Counted from the first letter of the stretch, positions 1-8,954 are shown. The stretch: 64,000 bases of DNA from an uncultured Anaerolineales bacterium (GCA_964482225.1 CAYZWT010000017.1:10269-74268); one strand, 5' to 3'. The notes: generated by a model from the letters alone, not told the origin. A program made the numbers and translations.

Positions 1-747
1 CTGTTGCGCCGGGCCTCGGGCGCGGTGGACGGGTTCATCGTCGAGAACCACACCGCCGGCGGCCACAATGCGCCGCCGCGCCGCGCGCCCCAAGCCGAGG
101 GGAACGGCGCATCCGCTTTTGGCCCCAAAGATGTGCCCGACCTGGCCGGCATCCGCGCCCTGGAGCGCCCGTTCTGGCTGGCGGGCGGCTATGGGTCGCC
201 TGAGGACCTGCGCGCGGCGCTGGCCGAAGGCGCCCGGGGCATACAGGCGGGGACGGTCTTTGCCTGCTGCCGCGAATCGGGCCTGGCGCCCCACCTCAAA
301 GAGGCGTTGCTGCGCCACAGCCTGGCGGGCGAGATCGAGATCATCACCGATCTGCGGGCCTCGCCCACGGGCTACCCCTTCAAGCTGGCGCCCTTGCCCG
401 AGGCCCCGGCGGGCCATGGGCCGGTGGATGCAGCGCGCCGCCGTGTGTGCGACCTGGGCTATCTGCGCACCATCTATGAGCGCGAGGACGGGAGCCTGGG
501 CTACCGCTGCCCCGCCGAGCCGGTTGCGGCCTACCTGGCCAAGGGCGGCGCCCTGGAAGATACTGTCGGGCGACGCTGCCTGTGCAACGGACTGGCCGCC
601 GCCATCGGCTTTGGGCAGGCGCGCCGTCAGGGCGTCGAGCCACCCATGGTCACCGCCGGCGAACAGTTGCGCGCCCTGCGCCAGCTTGTGGCAGAGAAGG
701 GTCTTGACTATACTGCGCGAGACGTGATCGAGTATCTAGAGAGTTGA
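1..747 (+). CDS. Nitronate monooxygenase / 2-nitropropane dioxygenase-like flavin oxidoreductase, C-terminal part; the gene starts upstream of the window (5' partial)
   Basis: ORF 4..747 translation contains GFIVENHTAGGH and a glycine-rich FMN-binding-like region typical of the NMO/FabK-like family. There is no RBS or start context at position 4, so the gene must begin before the window. Confidence 0.55.
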   Translation: MLRRASGAVDGFIVENHTAGGHNAPPRRAPQAEGNGASAFGPKDVPDLAGIRALERPFWLAGGYGSPEDLRAALAEGARGIQAGTVFACCRESGLAPHLKEALLRHSLAGEIEIITDLRASPTGYPFKLAPLPEAPAGHGPVDAARRRVCDLGYLRTIYEREDGSLGYRCPAEPVAAYLAKGGALEDTVGRRCLCNGLAAAIGFGQARRQGVEPPMVTAGEQLRALRQLVAEKGLDYTARDVIEYLES

Positions 748-814
748 GGGCGGGGCCTGCAAGGGCTCGCCCGCCGGCGCACACCACCACCGACGGACGA
801 GGAGGCTTGCAGAC

Positions 815-1738
815 ATGTGGCAACACATCGTGGTCGCCCTCAAGGGCATGGCCTTTGGCCTGAGCAACATTGTGCCGGGCATGACCGGCGGCGCCATCCT
901 GATCGTGCTGGGCATCTATGGGCAGTTTGTGGATGCCTTGGGCAATCTCGCGACCAACAAGGCGCGCCGCCGCGAATATCTGATCTTCTTGGGCGCTCTG
1001 GGGCTGGGGGCCGTCATCGCGATGGTGGGCCTCTCTCGCGCGCTAACCTGGCTACTAGACTGGCGCCCCGTGCTGCTGACGTTTCTCTTCAAGGGCCTGC
1101 TGCTCGGCACCATCCCGGCCCTGTTCCGGCTCCACAATGATATGCGCATCACCCCGGGTCGGGCGCTGGCCGCCCTGCTGGGGTTGGCGGTCGTGGTGGC
1201 CCTGCGCGCCCTGGAACGGCAGAACCTGCACGCCGAGTTGCTGACCGACAGCCGCAGCCTGCTGGGCATTGCCTATGTCCTGGCCGCCGCCTGTGTGGCC
1301 GGGGCAGCCAATGTCACGCCCGGCATCTCGGGCTCCTACGTCTTTCTGTTGGCGGGCACCTACCGCCCCATCCTGGACGCCCTTTCGGCCCTGGCTCGCC
1401 TGGACATTCACTGGCACGTGCTGGCGCCCACGGCGGCAGGCGCCGCTATCGGGATCGTCGCTTGCTCCAAGCTGATTGACACAGCCCTCAAGCGGGCCTC
1501 CGGCCTGGCGGCCTATGCCATCCTGGGGCTGTTGCTGGGCTCGGTATATGGACTGTGGCCCGCCGGGGCGTTGCAACAGGAGGATGCACTGCTACTGGCG
1601 CTCTGCCTGGCGGCGGGCATTGCCATCGCGGCGCTCTTGGGGCGGCGCGGCGCCGAGGGTGGCGCCGACAGGGGCACAAGCCCATTGCCAGCGCGAGAAG
1701 CGCGCCCGCAACGCGCCGATGGCGAGCCAGGGGTCTAG
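815..1738 (+). CDS. DUF368 family polytopic membrane protein (PopT-like putative undecaprenyl-phosphate transporter family)
   Basis: ATG at 815 is preceded by GAGGAGG. The product has multiple TM helices. The N-terminal LKGMAFGLSNIVPGMTGGAILIVLGIY motif matches a second paralogue in this window at 31876..32768. Confidence 0.7.
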   Translation: MWQHIVVALKGMAFGLSNIVPGMTGGAILIVLGIYGQFVDALGNLATNKARRREYLIFLGALGLGAVIAMVGLSRALTWLLDWRPVLLTFLFKGLLLGTIPALFRLHNDMRITPGRALAALLGLAVVVALRALERQNLHAELLTDSRSLLGIAYVLAAACVAGAANVTPGISGSYVFLLAGTYRPILDALSALARLDIHWHVLAPTAAGAAIGIVACSKLIDTALKRASGLAAYAILGLLLGSVYGLWPAGALQQEDALLLALCLAAGIAIAALLGRRGAEGGADRGTSPLPAREARPQRADGEPGV

Positions 1739-1982
1739 AGCGAAGTCTGCCAGGCGCTCAGCCAGCGCAGGTAGGTGAGGATCTGTACAAGCCCACCAGT
1801 GTGCGTTCCGCGCCATTTACGCCCATCGCGTTTGCCATCGAAGGGTAGATCGCGCTGGTACAGACCACGGTATAGAGATATACTTGGGAGTGAGGCAGCC
1901 AGCGCGCGCGGCATGGATAAGCATCGCGCCACATCTATCGGCCATGCCATAATACCCTGGCGCAGGATACGGAGCCACTCGA

Positions 1983-2723
1983 TTGGATACGGCGGCTTTT
2001 GATGAGCAGGGCTTGACTCTTGTAGAGCTGCTGATCGTTTTGGCTATCCTCGGAATCCTCTTGGGCATCACGGCGGTCGGCCTTAGGCCCCTCTTGCAGA
2101 CCGCCGCCCTGCGGGCCGATCAAAGGGCGTTGGCAACGCTCAACGACGTGACCGCATACTATCAGATCGCCAAGGAAAGGCCCTCGGCGGGTATCTTTCC
2201 TGACGGGAGTTCAGACCAAGAGAAGCTAGAGCTCCTGCTGGCCGAGGGTCTGCTAACGGCCGCGCCGATCCCCAGACAAGCGGGGGTCAGCTTTCGGTGG
2301 AACGCTTCACAGGCTGTCTGGGTGCTCGCCTCCGGAGAGCAAGCGGCCCTGTCTTCTCTCGGGAGCACCTTTGCCGAGATCAGTCAGGGCTTCATCGGCC
2401 GGATTTCCCGCTTTTACGCTGATAAAGGCTACTATCCGCGTTCTTGGGGAGACTATGCATTCACCGATATCGGCCTTGACCCCGACGAATGGGCAGGGCC
2501 GGTAACGAATGCGTACTATCGGCCCAGGGGCAGCCGCCTGGGCGTGTCGCCAGAGGCAGGCTACACGTTCACCGTACGGGATTTGCACGGCAGCTATCGC
2601 ATTCTGACGCATCAACTCCAATGGAGTCTCTGGTACGACGTGGTCACCAACAAGTGGTACTACCACTCTATCGCACCCGAGAATGAGATTGCCATAGAGA
2701 CGCTACGCATCAACCCGCAGTGA
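1983..2723 (+). CDS. Prepilin-type N-terminal cleavage/methylation domain protein (type IV pilin-like / pseudopilin) with an unusually acidic leader
   Basis: TTG start. N-terminus is MDTAAFDEQG followed by LTLVELLIVLAILGIL, i.e. a class III signal peptide with a G|LTLVE site and a hydrophobic helix, followed by a 200-aa globular region. Confidence 0.5.
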   Translation: MDTAAFDEQGLTLVELLIVLAILGILLGITAVGLRPLLQTAALRADQRALATLNDVTAYYQIAKERPSAGIFPDGSSDQEKLELLLAEGLLTAAPIPRQAGVSFRWNASQAVWVLASGEQAALSSLGSTFAEISQGFIGRISRFYADKGYYPRSWGDYAFTDIGLDPDEWAGPVTNAYYRPRGSRLGVSPEAGYTFTVRDLHGSYRILTHQLQWSLWYDVVTNKWYYHSIAPENEIAIETLRINPQ

Positions 2724-2785
2724 TCTCTCGTGAACCCGATGAACCCGGCCTTGCGCGCGAATGGCGTCTCGCTCGTGTTGCCTTT

Positions 2786-2813
2786 TTGCACCCTGGCGGA
2801 ATCTCGGTAGAAT
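2786..2813 (+). promoter_or_regulatory. Putative sigma-70-type promoter upstream of carB (TTGCAC-N16-TAGAAT)
   Basis: TTGCAC at 2786-2791 and TAGAAT at 2808-2813 with 16-bp spacing, about 90 bp upstream of the carB ATG. Confidence 0.35.
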
Positions 2814-2843
2814 CTATCAGACCTGCGCCGGAATGCGAGGTCA

Positions 2844-2879
2844 GATCACCGGTGATCGCGCCCTGTGCGCGATCTTTTT
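2844..2879 (+). promoter_or_regulatory. Leader element upstream of carB: perfect 14-bp palindrome overlapping an 8-5-8 GC-rich hairpin followed by T5 (attenuator/terminator-like)
   Basis: GATCACCGGTGATC (2844-2857) shares GATC with GATCGCGC-cctgt-GCGCGATC (2854-2874), which is followed by TTTTT (2875-2879). The two structures are mutually exclusive. The element lies between the putative promoter and the carB RBS. Confidence 0.4.
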
Positions 2880-2901
2880 GTGACCTGAGGGGGTAGTAGG
2901 G

Positions 2902-5900
2902 ATGCCACGTCGAGACGATATCCACCGCGTGATGATCATCGGTTCGGGGCCGATCGTGATCGGCCAAGCCTGCGAGTTTGACTATTCCGGTACTCAGGCG
3001 TGCAAGGCGTTGCGTTCCCTCGGCTATGAGGTAGTGCTGGTCAATTCGAACCCCGCCACCATCATGACCGACCCGGGCACGGCGGACGTGACCTACATCG
3101 AGCCCCTGAACGTCGAACGGATGCGCCAGATCATCGAGAAGGAGCGCCCCGACGCGCTGCTGCCCAACCTGGGTGGACAAACGGGCCTGAACCTGGCCTC
3201 GGAGCTGGCCAAGGCGGGCATCCTGGAGCAGTATGGCGTGCAGGTGATCGGCGTGCAGATTGACGCCATCGAGCGGGGCGAGGACCGTATCATTTTCAAG
3301 CAGACCATGGACCGCCTGGGCATCGAGGTGCCCCGCAGCTCGCCCGCCTACACCATCGAGGAGGCCGAGGCGGTGGCCGCCGAGCTGGGCTATCCGGTGG
3401 TCGTCCGCCCCGCCTATACCCTGGGCGGCACGGGCGGCGGCCTGGTCTATAACGTCGAAGAGTTGCGCACCGTGGCGGGGCGCGGCCTGGCCGCCAGCAT
3501 GATCGGCCAGGTGTTGATCGAAGAGTCGGTGCTGGGCTGGGAAGAGCTGGAGCTGGAGGTCGTCCGCGATAGCAAGAACCAGATCATCACCGTCTGTTTC
3601 ATCGAGAACATTGACGCCATGGGCATCCACACCGGCGACTCGTTCTGCTCGGCGCCCATGCTCACCATCTCGCAAGAGCTCCAGCAACGGCTGCAAGGGT
3701 ACTCCTACCGTATCGCCGAGGCGATCCAGGTGGTGGGCGGCACCAATATCCAGTTCGCCCACGACCCCAAGACGGGGCGCGTGGTGATCATCGAGATCAA
3801 CCCGCGCACATCTCGCTCCTCGGCCCTGGCGAGCAAGGCCACCGGCTTTCCCATCGCCCGGGTCTCGGCCATGTTGGCCGCCGGCCTGACTCTGGACGAG
3901 ATCCCCTACTGGCGCGATGGCACCCTGGACAAGTACACCCCCTCGGGCGACTATGTGGTGATCAAGTTCGCCCGCTGGGCCTTTGAAAAGTTCCCCGGCT
4001 CGATAGACAAGCTGGGCACCCAGATGCGCGCCGTGGGCGAGGTGATGAGCATCGGCAAGACCTACAAAGAGGCCCTGCAAAAGGCCATCCGCTCGCTCGA
4101 GATCGGACGCTATGGCCTGGGTTTTGCCAAGGACTATCACCAGCGCTCCCTGACCGAGCTGCTGGATCTGCTGCGTGAGCCCACCAGCGAGCGCCAGTTC
4201 ATCCTCTACGAGGCGCTGCGCAAGGGCGCCGCGATTGACGATCTCTATGCCTTGACCCACATCAAGCCCTGGTTCCTGGAGCAGATGCGCGAGCTGGTGG
4301 CGCTGGAGGAGGCCCTGCTGCTCTTCAAGGGCCAGATGCCCCCCGACGAATTGCTGGCCCAGGCCAAGCGTGATGGCTTTTCCGACCGTTACCTGGCCCA
4401 GATCCTGGGGCTGGCGGAGGGCGCCATCCGCGCGCGCCGCCAAGAGTTGGGGATCGTCCAGGGCTGGCACAGCGTGCCCGTCAGCGGCGCCGAGGACGCC
4501 TACTATTACTACTCTACCTATAACGCGCCCGACGCCGTGCCCGTGGACGAGCGCCGCAAGGTCCTGATCCTGGGCGGCGGACCCAACCGCATCGGCCAGG
4601 GTATCGAGTTCGACTATTGCTGCGTGCACGCCGCCTTTGCCCTGCGCGACCAGGGCGTCGAGACGATCATGATCAACTGCAACCCCGAGACCGTCTCGAC
4701 CGACTATGACACGTCGGACAAGCTCTATTTCGAGCCGCTGACGGTCGAGGATGTGCTCTCGATCTATGAGAAGGAGCAGCCCGAGGGCGTGATCGTCCAG
4801 TTTGGCGGGCAGACGCCCCTCAACATCGCCGAGGAGCTGGCGGCGGCGGGCGTGCGCATCCTGGGCACCAGCCCGGCGTCCATCGCCATGGCCGAGGACC
4901 GCGATCTGTTCCGCCGCCGCATGGAGGAACTCGAGATCCCCATGCCGGAATCGGGCATGGCCACCAACATTGATGAGGCACTCGAAATTGCCGAGCGCAT
5001 CGGCTATCCCGTCATGGTGCGCCCCTCCTTCGTGCTGGGCGGCCGGGGCATGGAGGTGGTGCACAACGCCGAGATGCTGCACCGTTATGTCGCCAACGCG
5101 GTGCAGGTGACGCCCGAGCGCCCGATCCTGGTGGACCGCTTCTTACAGAACGCCATCGAGGCCGAGGCCGACGCCCTGGCCGATGGGAGCGCCGCCTTTG
5201 TGCCCGCTGTGATGGAGCACATCGAGCTGGCGGGGGTGCACTCGGGCGATTCGGCCTGCGTCATCCCGCCGGTGAGCATCTCGCCGGAGCACCTGGCCAC
5301 CATCGGCGAGTACACGCGCAAGATCGCCCAGGAGCTGGACGTGGTCGGCCTGATCAACGTGCAGCTCGCCATCGAGAACGACACGGTCTATGTGCTGGAG
5401 GCCAATCCCCGCGCCTCGCGCACGGTGCCCCTGGTCTCCAAGGTCTGCGGCCTTTCGATGGCGCGCCTGGCCACCCGCCTGATGCTGGGCGAGAGCTTGG
5501 CCGAGCTGGCCCTGCGGCCCATGCGCATCCCCCACTATGGCGTCAAAGAGGCCGTGTTCCCCTTTGGCATGTTCCCTGAGGTGGACCCGCTCCTGGGCCC
5601 AGAGATGCGCTCCACAGGCGAGGTGCTGGGCCTGGCCGACTCCTATGGGTTGGCGTTCTACAAGGCGGAGGAGGCGGCCAAACCCGCCCTGCCTACCAGC
5701 GGAACGGTGCTGATCAGCGTGGCGGAAAAGAACGCCGCCGTGCTCGAGATCGGGCGGCGCTTTGCGGCCCTGGGCTTTGCCATCCGGGCCACCGAGGGCA
5801 CCCAGCGTTTCTTTGCCGATCACGGCATCCCCGCCACGACCATCCGCAAGCTGGCCGAGGGGCGCCCGAATATCATTGACGAGATCGTGAACCGCAACAT

Positions 5901-6105
5901 TGATATCGTGGTCAACACGCCCCTGGGCCACCGCAGCCACGCGGATGACTCGTACCTGCGCAAGGCCGCCATCCAGTACAAGGTGCCCTATATCACTACG
6001 CTGGCGGCGGCGCTGGCCAGCGCGGAGGGCATTGCGGCGGGCCGCGCCGGCCACGGCGGGGTGCGCTCGCTCCAGAGCTACCACGCGGATATCTCGTACG
6101 AGTAG
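2902..6105 (+). CDS. carB: Carbamoyl-phosphate synthase large subunit
   Basis: 1067 aa. N-terminus MIIGSGPIVIGQACEFDYSGTQACKALR, duplicated ATP-grasp halves (second copy VLILGGGPNRIGQGIEFDYCCVHA), and a C-terminal MGS-like domain. RBS GAGGGGG lies upstream. Confidence 0.97.
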   Translation: MPRRDDIHRVMIIGSGPIVIGQACEFDYSGTQACKALRSLGYEVVLVNSNPATIMTDPGTADVTYIEPLNVERMRQIIEKERPDALLPNLGGQTGLNLASELAKAGILEQYGVQVIGVQIDAIERGEDRIIFKQTMDRLGIEVPRSSPAYTIEEAEAVAAELGYPVVVRPAYTLGGTGGGLVYNVEELRTVAGRGLAASMIGQVLIEESVLGWEELELEVVRDSKNQIITVCFIENIDAMGIHTGDSFCSAPMLTISQELQQRLQGYSYRIAEAIQVVGGTNIQFAHDPKTGRVVIIEINPRTSRSSALASKATGFPIARVSAMLAAGLTLDEIPYWRDGTLDKYTPSGDYVVIKFARWAFEKFPGSIDKLGTQMRAVGEVMSIGKTYKEALQKAIRSLEIGRYGLGFAKDYHQRSLTELLDLLREPTSERQFILYEALRKGAAIDDLYALTHIKPWFLEQMRELVALEEALLLFKGQMPPDELLAQAKRDGFSDRYLAQILGLAEGAIRARRQELGIVQGWHSVPVSGAEDAYYYYSTYNAPDAVPVDERRKVLILGGGPNRIGQGIEFDYCCVHAAFALRDQGVETIMINCNPETVSTDYDTSDKLYFEPLTVEDVLSIYEKEQPEGVIVQFGGQTPLNIAEELAAAGVRILGTSPASIAMAEDRDLFRRRMEELEIPMPESGMATNIDEALEIAERIGYPVMVRPSFVLGGRGMEVVHNAEMLHRYVANAVQVTPERPILVDRFLQNAIEAEADALADGSAAFVPAVMEHIELAGVHSGDSACVIPPVSISPEHLATIGEYTRKIAQELDVVGLINVQLAIENDTVYVLEANPRASRTVPLVSKVCGLSMARLATRLMLGESLAELALRPMRIPHYGVKEAVFPFGMFPEVDPLLGPEMRSTGEVLGLADSYGLAFYKAEEAAKPALPTSGTVLISVAEKNAAVLEIGRRFAALGFAIRATEGTQRFFADHGIPATTIRKLAEGRPNIIDEIVNRNIDIVVNTPLGHRSHADDSYLRKAAIQYKVPYITTLAAALASAEGIAAGRAGHGGVRSLQSYHADISYE

Positions 6106-6137
6106 GCGCGCATAGCAGAGCCCGATAAGCCAGGCCC

Positions 6138-6178
6138 CACGAGGGCGAACGATGCGTTCGCCCTCGTGTCCTGTTTCG
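6138..6178 (+). terminator. Intrinsic terminator-like hairpin downstream of carB
   Basis: Perfect 14-bp inverted repeat CACGAGGGCGAACG-atg-CGTTCGCCCTCGTG followed by a T-rich tract (TCCTGTTTC). Confidence 0.55.
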
Positions 6179-6191
6179 GCGTATACTTGTT

Positions 6192-6917
6192 GTGCGCCAC
6201 GAGTGCGCATGGGTTCCACCAAGGACAAGCCCCGTGACCGATTCGCGTCCGCCACAACATCTGCTCTCCTCCATCTCATACCTGGCCGAGCTTGACGAGG
6301 CGGCCCAGAGCGCCATCGCCCGCAACGCCGTGCGCCGAGAGTATGCCGCCGGAGAGATGGTCTTTGTGCAAGGGGATGCTTGCACGGGCCTACATCTGGT
6401 GGCGGGCGGCTGGCTCAAGGTCTTCAAGCTGGCGCCATCGGGGCGCGAGCAGGTGATGCGCTTTGTGGGCCCTGGCGAGGCCGTAGGCGAGTTTGCTGTC
6501 TTTGCGAGCACGCCCCAACCGGCGTCGGTGAGCACCCTGGAGCCCGCGACCCTATGGCTGATCCGCCGAGAGTCACTGCTGGGGCTGCTGCAGGAGCGTC
6601 CGGCCATCTCCCAGGCCGTAATTACGGCCCTGGCCCGCCGGGTGGAGCACTTGTTGGCGTTGGTGGAGGACCTCTCGCTGCGCACTGTGGAGGCGCGGCT
6701 GGCCCGCTACCTGCTGCAAGCCGCCGATGAGGATGTGGTACGCCGCCATCGCTGGACCACCCAGGCCGAGTTGGCCGCGCGCTTGGGCACAGTGCTGGAG
6801 GTGCTGAATCGCGCCCTGCGGAGCTTGGTCGAGGCCGGGCTGATCGCCCTGGATCGGCAGCGCATCGTGATCCTGGACCGCGAGGGGTTGCAGCGCCGGG
6901 CTGATGCAGATGGCTGA
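6192..6917 (+). CDS. Crp/Fnr family transcriptional regulator (cNMP-binding domain plus C-terminal HTH)
   Basis: cNMP-binding-like segment (GEMVFVQGDACTGLHLVAGGWLKVFKL...REQVMRFVGPGEAVGEFA) and a C-terminal HTH region (RRHRWTTQAELAARLGTVLEVLNRALRSL). The exact start is uncertain; an internal GTG near 6234 is possible. Confidence 0.8.
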   Translation: MRHECAWVPPRTSPVTDSRPPQHLLSSISYLAELDEAAQSAIARNAVRREYAAGEMVFVQGDACTGLHLVAGGWLKVFKLAPSGREQVMRFVGPGEAVGEFAVFASTPQPASVSTLEPATLWLIRRESLLGLLQERPAISQAVITALARRVEHLLALVEDLSLRTVEARLARYLLQAADEDVVRRHRWTTQAELAARLGTVLEVLNRALRSLVEAGLIALDRQRIVILDREGLQRRADADG

Positions 6918-7039
6918 GCTCCATCTGGCAAGGATTTGACCGGTATTTGATTTTTGTTCAAGACAACCCATCGCCCACATGTTATGCTGCAGGCGTACCA
7001 CGTGGGCGATTTGCCTGCCGGGCGCTGGAGCAGGAGGCG

Positions 7040-7256
7040 ATGAGCAACGACCTGGCGCTCCCCATCATCGAAGCGAGCCGCTGCGACGGTTGCGGGTTAT
7101 GTGTGCGGGTGTGCCCCTCGCGGGCTTGAGCTTGCGGCCGGTGTGGCAGTGATGGCCCGACCGGGCGCCTGCCGCTATAGCGGACTGTGCGAATGGGTCT
7201 GCCCGCGATCCGCCATCACACGCCCGCTGGAGATCGTCAGCCAAGGGAGCGCCTGA
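7040..7256 (+). pseudogene. Small 2x[Fe-S] ferredoxin-like gene interrupted by a stop and +1 frame change (candidate frameshifted or sequencing-error gene)
   Basis: ATG at 7040 with RBS AGGAGG gives MSNDLALPIIEASRCDGCGLCVRVCPSRA, then TGA at 7127-7129. The +1 frame from about 7131 continues LAAGVAVMARPGACRYSGLCEWVCPRSAITRPLEIVSQGSA and ends at 7256, i.e. a second cluster-binding motif and a typical ferredoxin C-terminus. Confidence 0.4.
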
Positions 7257-7272
7257 GAGGAAAAGAGTCATC

Positions 7273-7968
7273 ATGTTCGTGATCAACCCACTATATCTGT
7301 TGATCCTGATCCCCGCGGCGCTTGCCTGGTTTGCTCAGCAGCGGGTACGCGCGGCATACGACCACAATGCCCGCCTGCCCAACCGCCACGGCCTGACGGG
7401 CTTCGAGATCGCCGAGAGGTTGCTTGCCCACTATCGGCTGGAGATGGTGGCGGTGGAGCAAGCCCCTGGCTATCTCACCGACCACTATGACCCGGGGGGC
7501 AAGACCCTCTATCTCTCCGATGGCATTGCCGGCTCTCGTTCGGTGACATCACTCGGGATCGTGGCCCACGAGGTGCTCCATGCCGTGCAGGATGCTGAAG
7601 GGTATCGCCTGATGCGCCTGCGCGCCCAACTCGGCCAGCGTCTGGCGCCCGTGGCCCGCTGGAGCGCGCTCTTTTTCCTGGGCGGAATGCTGTTCCGCAT
7701 CCCAATCGCCATGATCCTGAGCGGGCTGGTGTTGCTGGGATCGGTGATCCTGACCCTGGTGACGCTGCCGGTGGAGCGCAACGCAAGCACGCGCGCCCTA
7801 GAGGCCATTCGAGCCACCGGCCTGGCCGATGAGGCCGAGCTGGCGGGCGCCCGCCAGGTGCTCCGGGCGGCAGCTTTTACCTACCTGGCAGGGTTGGGCC
7901 AGCGCATCGCACAGCTCGTGTTCGTTGGCCTGTTGGTTTTGGCAGCCCTGGGGTTGTGGCAAAGCTAG
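7273..7968 (+). CDS. Putative neutral zinc metallopeptidase family membrane protein (HExxH)
   Basis: RBS GAGAGGAAAAGAG. N-terminal TM helix, then the HEVLH motif (VAHEVLHAVQD), then two C-terminal TM helices. This architecture matches the Zn_peptidase_2-like family. Confidence 0.65.
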   Translation: MFVINPLYLLILIPAALAWFAQQRVRAAYDHNARLPNRHGLTGFEIAERLLAHYRLEMVAVEQAPGYLTDHYDPGGKTLYLSDGIAGSRSVTSLGIVAHEVLHAVQDAEGYRLMRLRAQLGQRLAPVARWSALFFLGGMLFRIPIAMILSGLVLLGSVILTLVTLPVERNASTRALEAIRATGLADEAELAGARQVLRAAAFTYLAGLGQRIAQLVFVGLLVLAALGLWQS

Positions 7969-8013
7969 GCCCGGCCCCATCGCGCGGATAATCTTGCGAA
8001 AGGAAGGTAGTAT

Positions 8014-8515
8014 CATGCAATCGCAGCAACTGGTTTTTGGGCTGGTCACGTTTCTGCACGACTTGTTCACCGTAATCTGGGTAGGGGGGCTGGTGAGCCT
8101 GGGTGGGATCGTGTTGCCCACCCTGCTACGGCTCTACGGGCGCGGCCCCGAGACCCGGCGGGTGATGGAGGCCATCCAGAAACGCCTGAGCCCCTGGGTG
8201 TACGGCAGCATTGTGGGTCTAGTGGTCACCGGCATCCTGCTTGGGCAGCGCAACCCCGCCTTTGAAGGCATGTTCAGTTTCAGCAACGCCTATTCGACCA
8301 CCATGGCCATCAAGCACCTGCTGGTCTTGGCCATGATCGCCATCGCCGTGCTGCGCAGCCGTGGGCTGGGCGCAGTAGGCGGCCTCAAGACGGAAAAGCG
8401 CGAAAAGCTCAAGGGGGCCCTGCTTTATCTGAACATGGCGCTAGGAATCCTGGTGCTATTGCTGAGCGGGCTTGGCGCGGCGCTGGGCAGCGCGCCGAGA
8501 CCGCCTTTGGGTTAA
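8014..8515 (+). CDS. Conserved 4-TM membrane protein, CopD-like / DUF-type (function unknown)
   Basis: ATG at 8014 with RBS GAAAGGAAGG. 167 aa with four predicted TM helices. The HDLFTVIWVGG motif resembles the CopD-like family. The annotated ORF 7829..8515 overlaps the upstream gene, so the internal start is preferred. Confidence 0.45.
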
Positions 8516-8534
8516 GGCAAGATCCCACAATCTC

Positions 8535-8563
8535 TTGACCGTTTATCCCCATGGCGTTACAAT
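8535..8563 (+). promoter_or_regulatory. Strong sigma-70-like promoter (TTGACC-N17-TACAAT) driving a long structured leader
   Basis: TTGACC at 8535-8540 and TACAAT at 8558-8563. It is followed by a perfect 16-nt palindrome GAGAGGGCGCCCTCTC (8571-8586) and further hairpins. The next convincing start codon is at 8955. Confidence 0.45.
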
Positions 8564-8954
8564 GGGCTTTGAGAGGGCGCCCTCTCTCCTCGACCGAACT
8601 GTCTGCCGCGGAAGCATCATCTGCTGTTGCGTGACGGCAAGTTGCCTCTGACCCGGCCACGGGTCAGATGACGGAAGAACCCTTCTCATGGGGAGGCGGC
8701 ACCTGGCAGACCGTGTGGTGGCGCATGGGCGACAAGTAGGCGTGCCCATCGCGTTCATACTCGGCATCGCGGGAGCCCGCTTGGGCTCCCGTGATCTGTG
8801 TCCGAACGCCAATCTCGATCAGCGGTCGGGACAGGCCCTTGGGAGTTGGCAGGCGCGGCGGTTTCTCGTATCATGCCGGTGTAGCAAGCGCCAACGCGGC
8901 GTCCGCTGCACCGGCAGCGTTCCTTGTCCGCGCCACACCAGGGGAGAGGATGCC

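Noticed and set aside
2710-5082. 790-aa minus-strand ORF (and many others: 5143..6279, 8979..10505, 10614..11828, 13142..14161, 14222..15205, 24941..27439, 28060..29121, 29448..30578, 32545..33882, 34032..34703, 37741..39552, 38972..40018, 41347..42561, 46449..47516, 48464..49759, 53056..54138, 55593..57998, 58058..59785)
   Set aside because: These are antisense or out-of-frame shadows of confidently assigned genes (carB, the repeat protein, Fe-ADH, TPP enzyme, LysM protein, rph/ybeY, heliorhodopsin, and others). Their translations are low-complexity R/A/G/P-rich with no recognisable motifs. Stop-codon depletion at about 68% GC explains their length.
8688-8954. ATG at 8688 as the start of the repeat-protein gene (801-aa version)
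   Set aside because: There is no RBS. The added 89 residues are basic and low-complexity. A strong RBS (GGGGAGAGG) and a signal-like segment follow the ATG at 8955. The upstream region is better explained as a structured leader.
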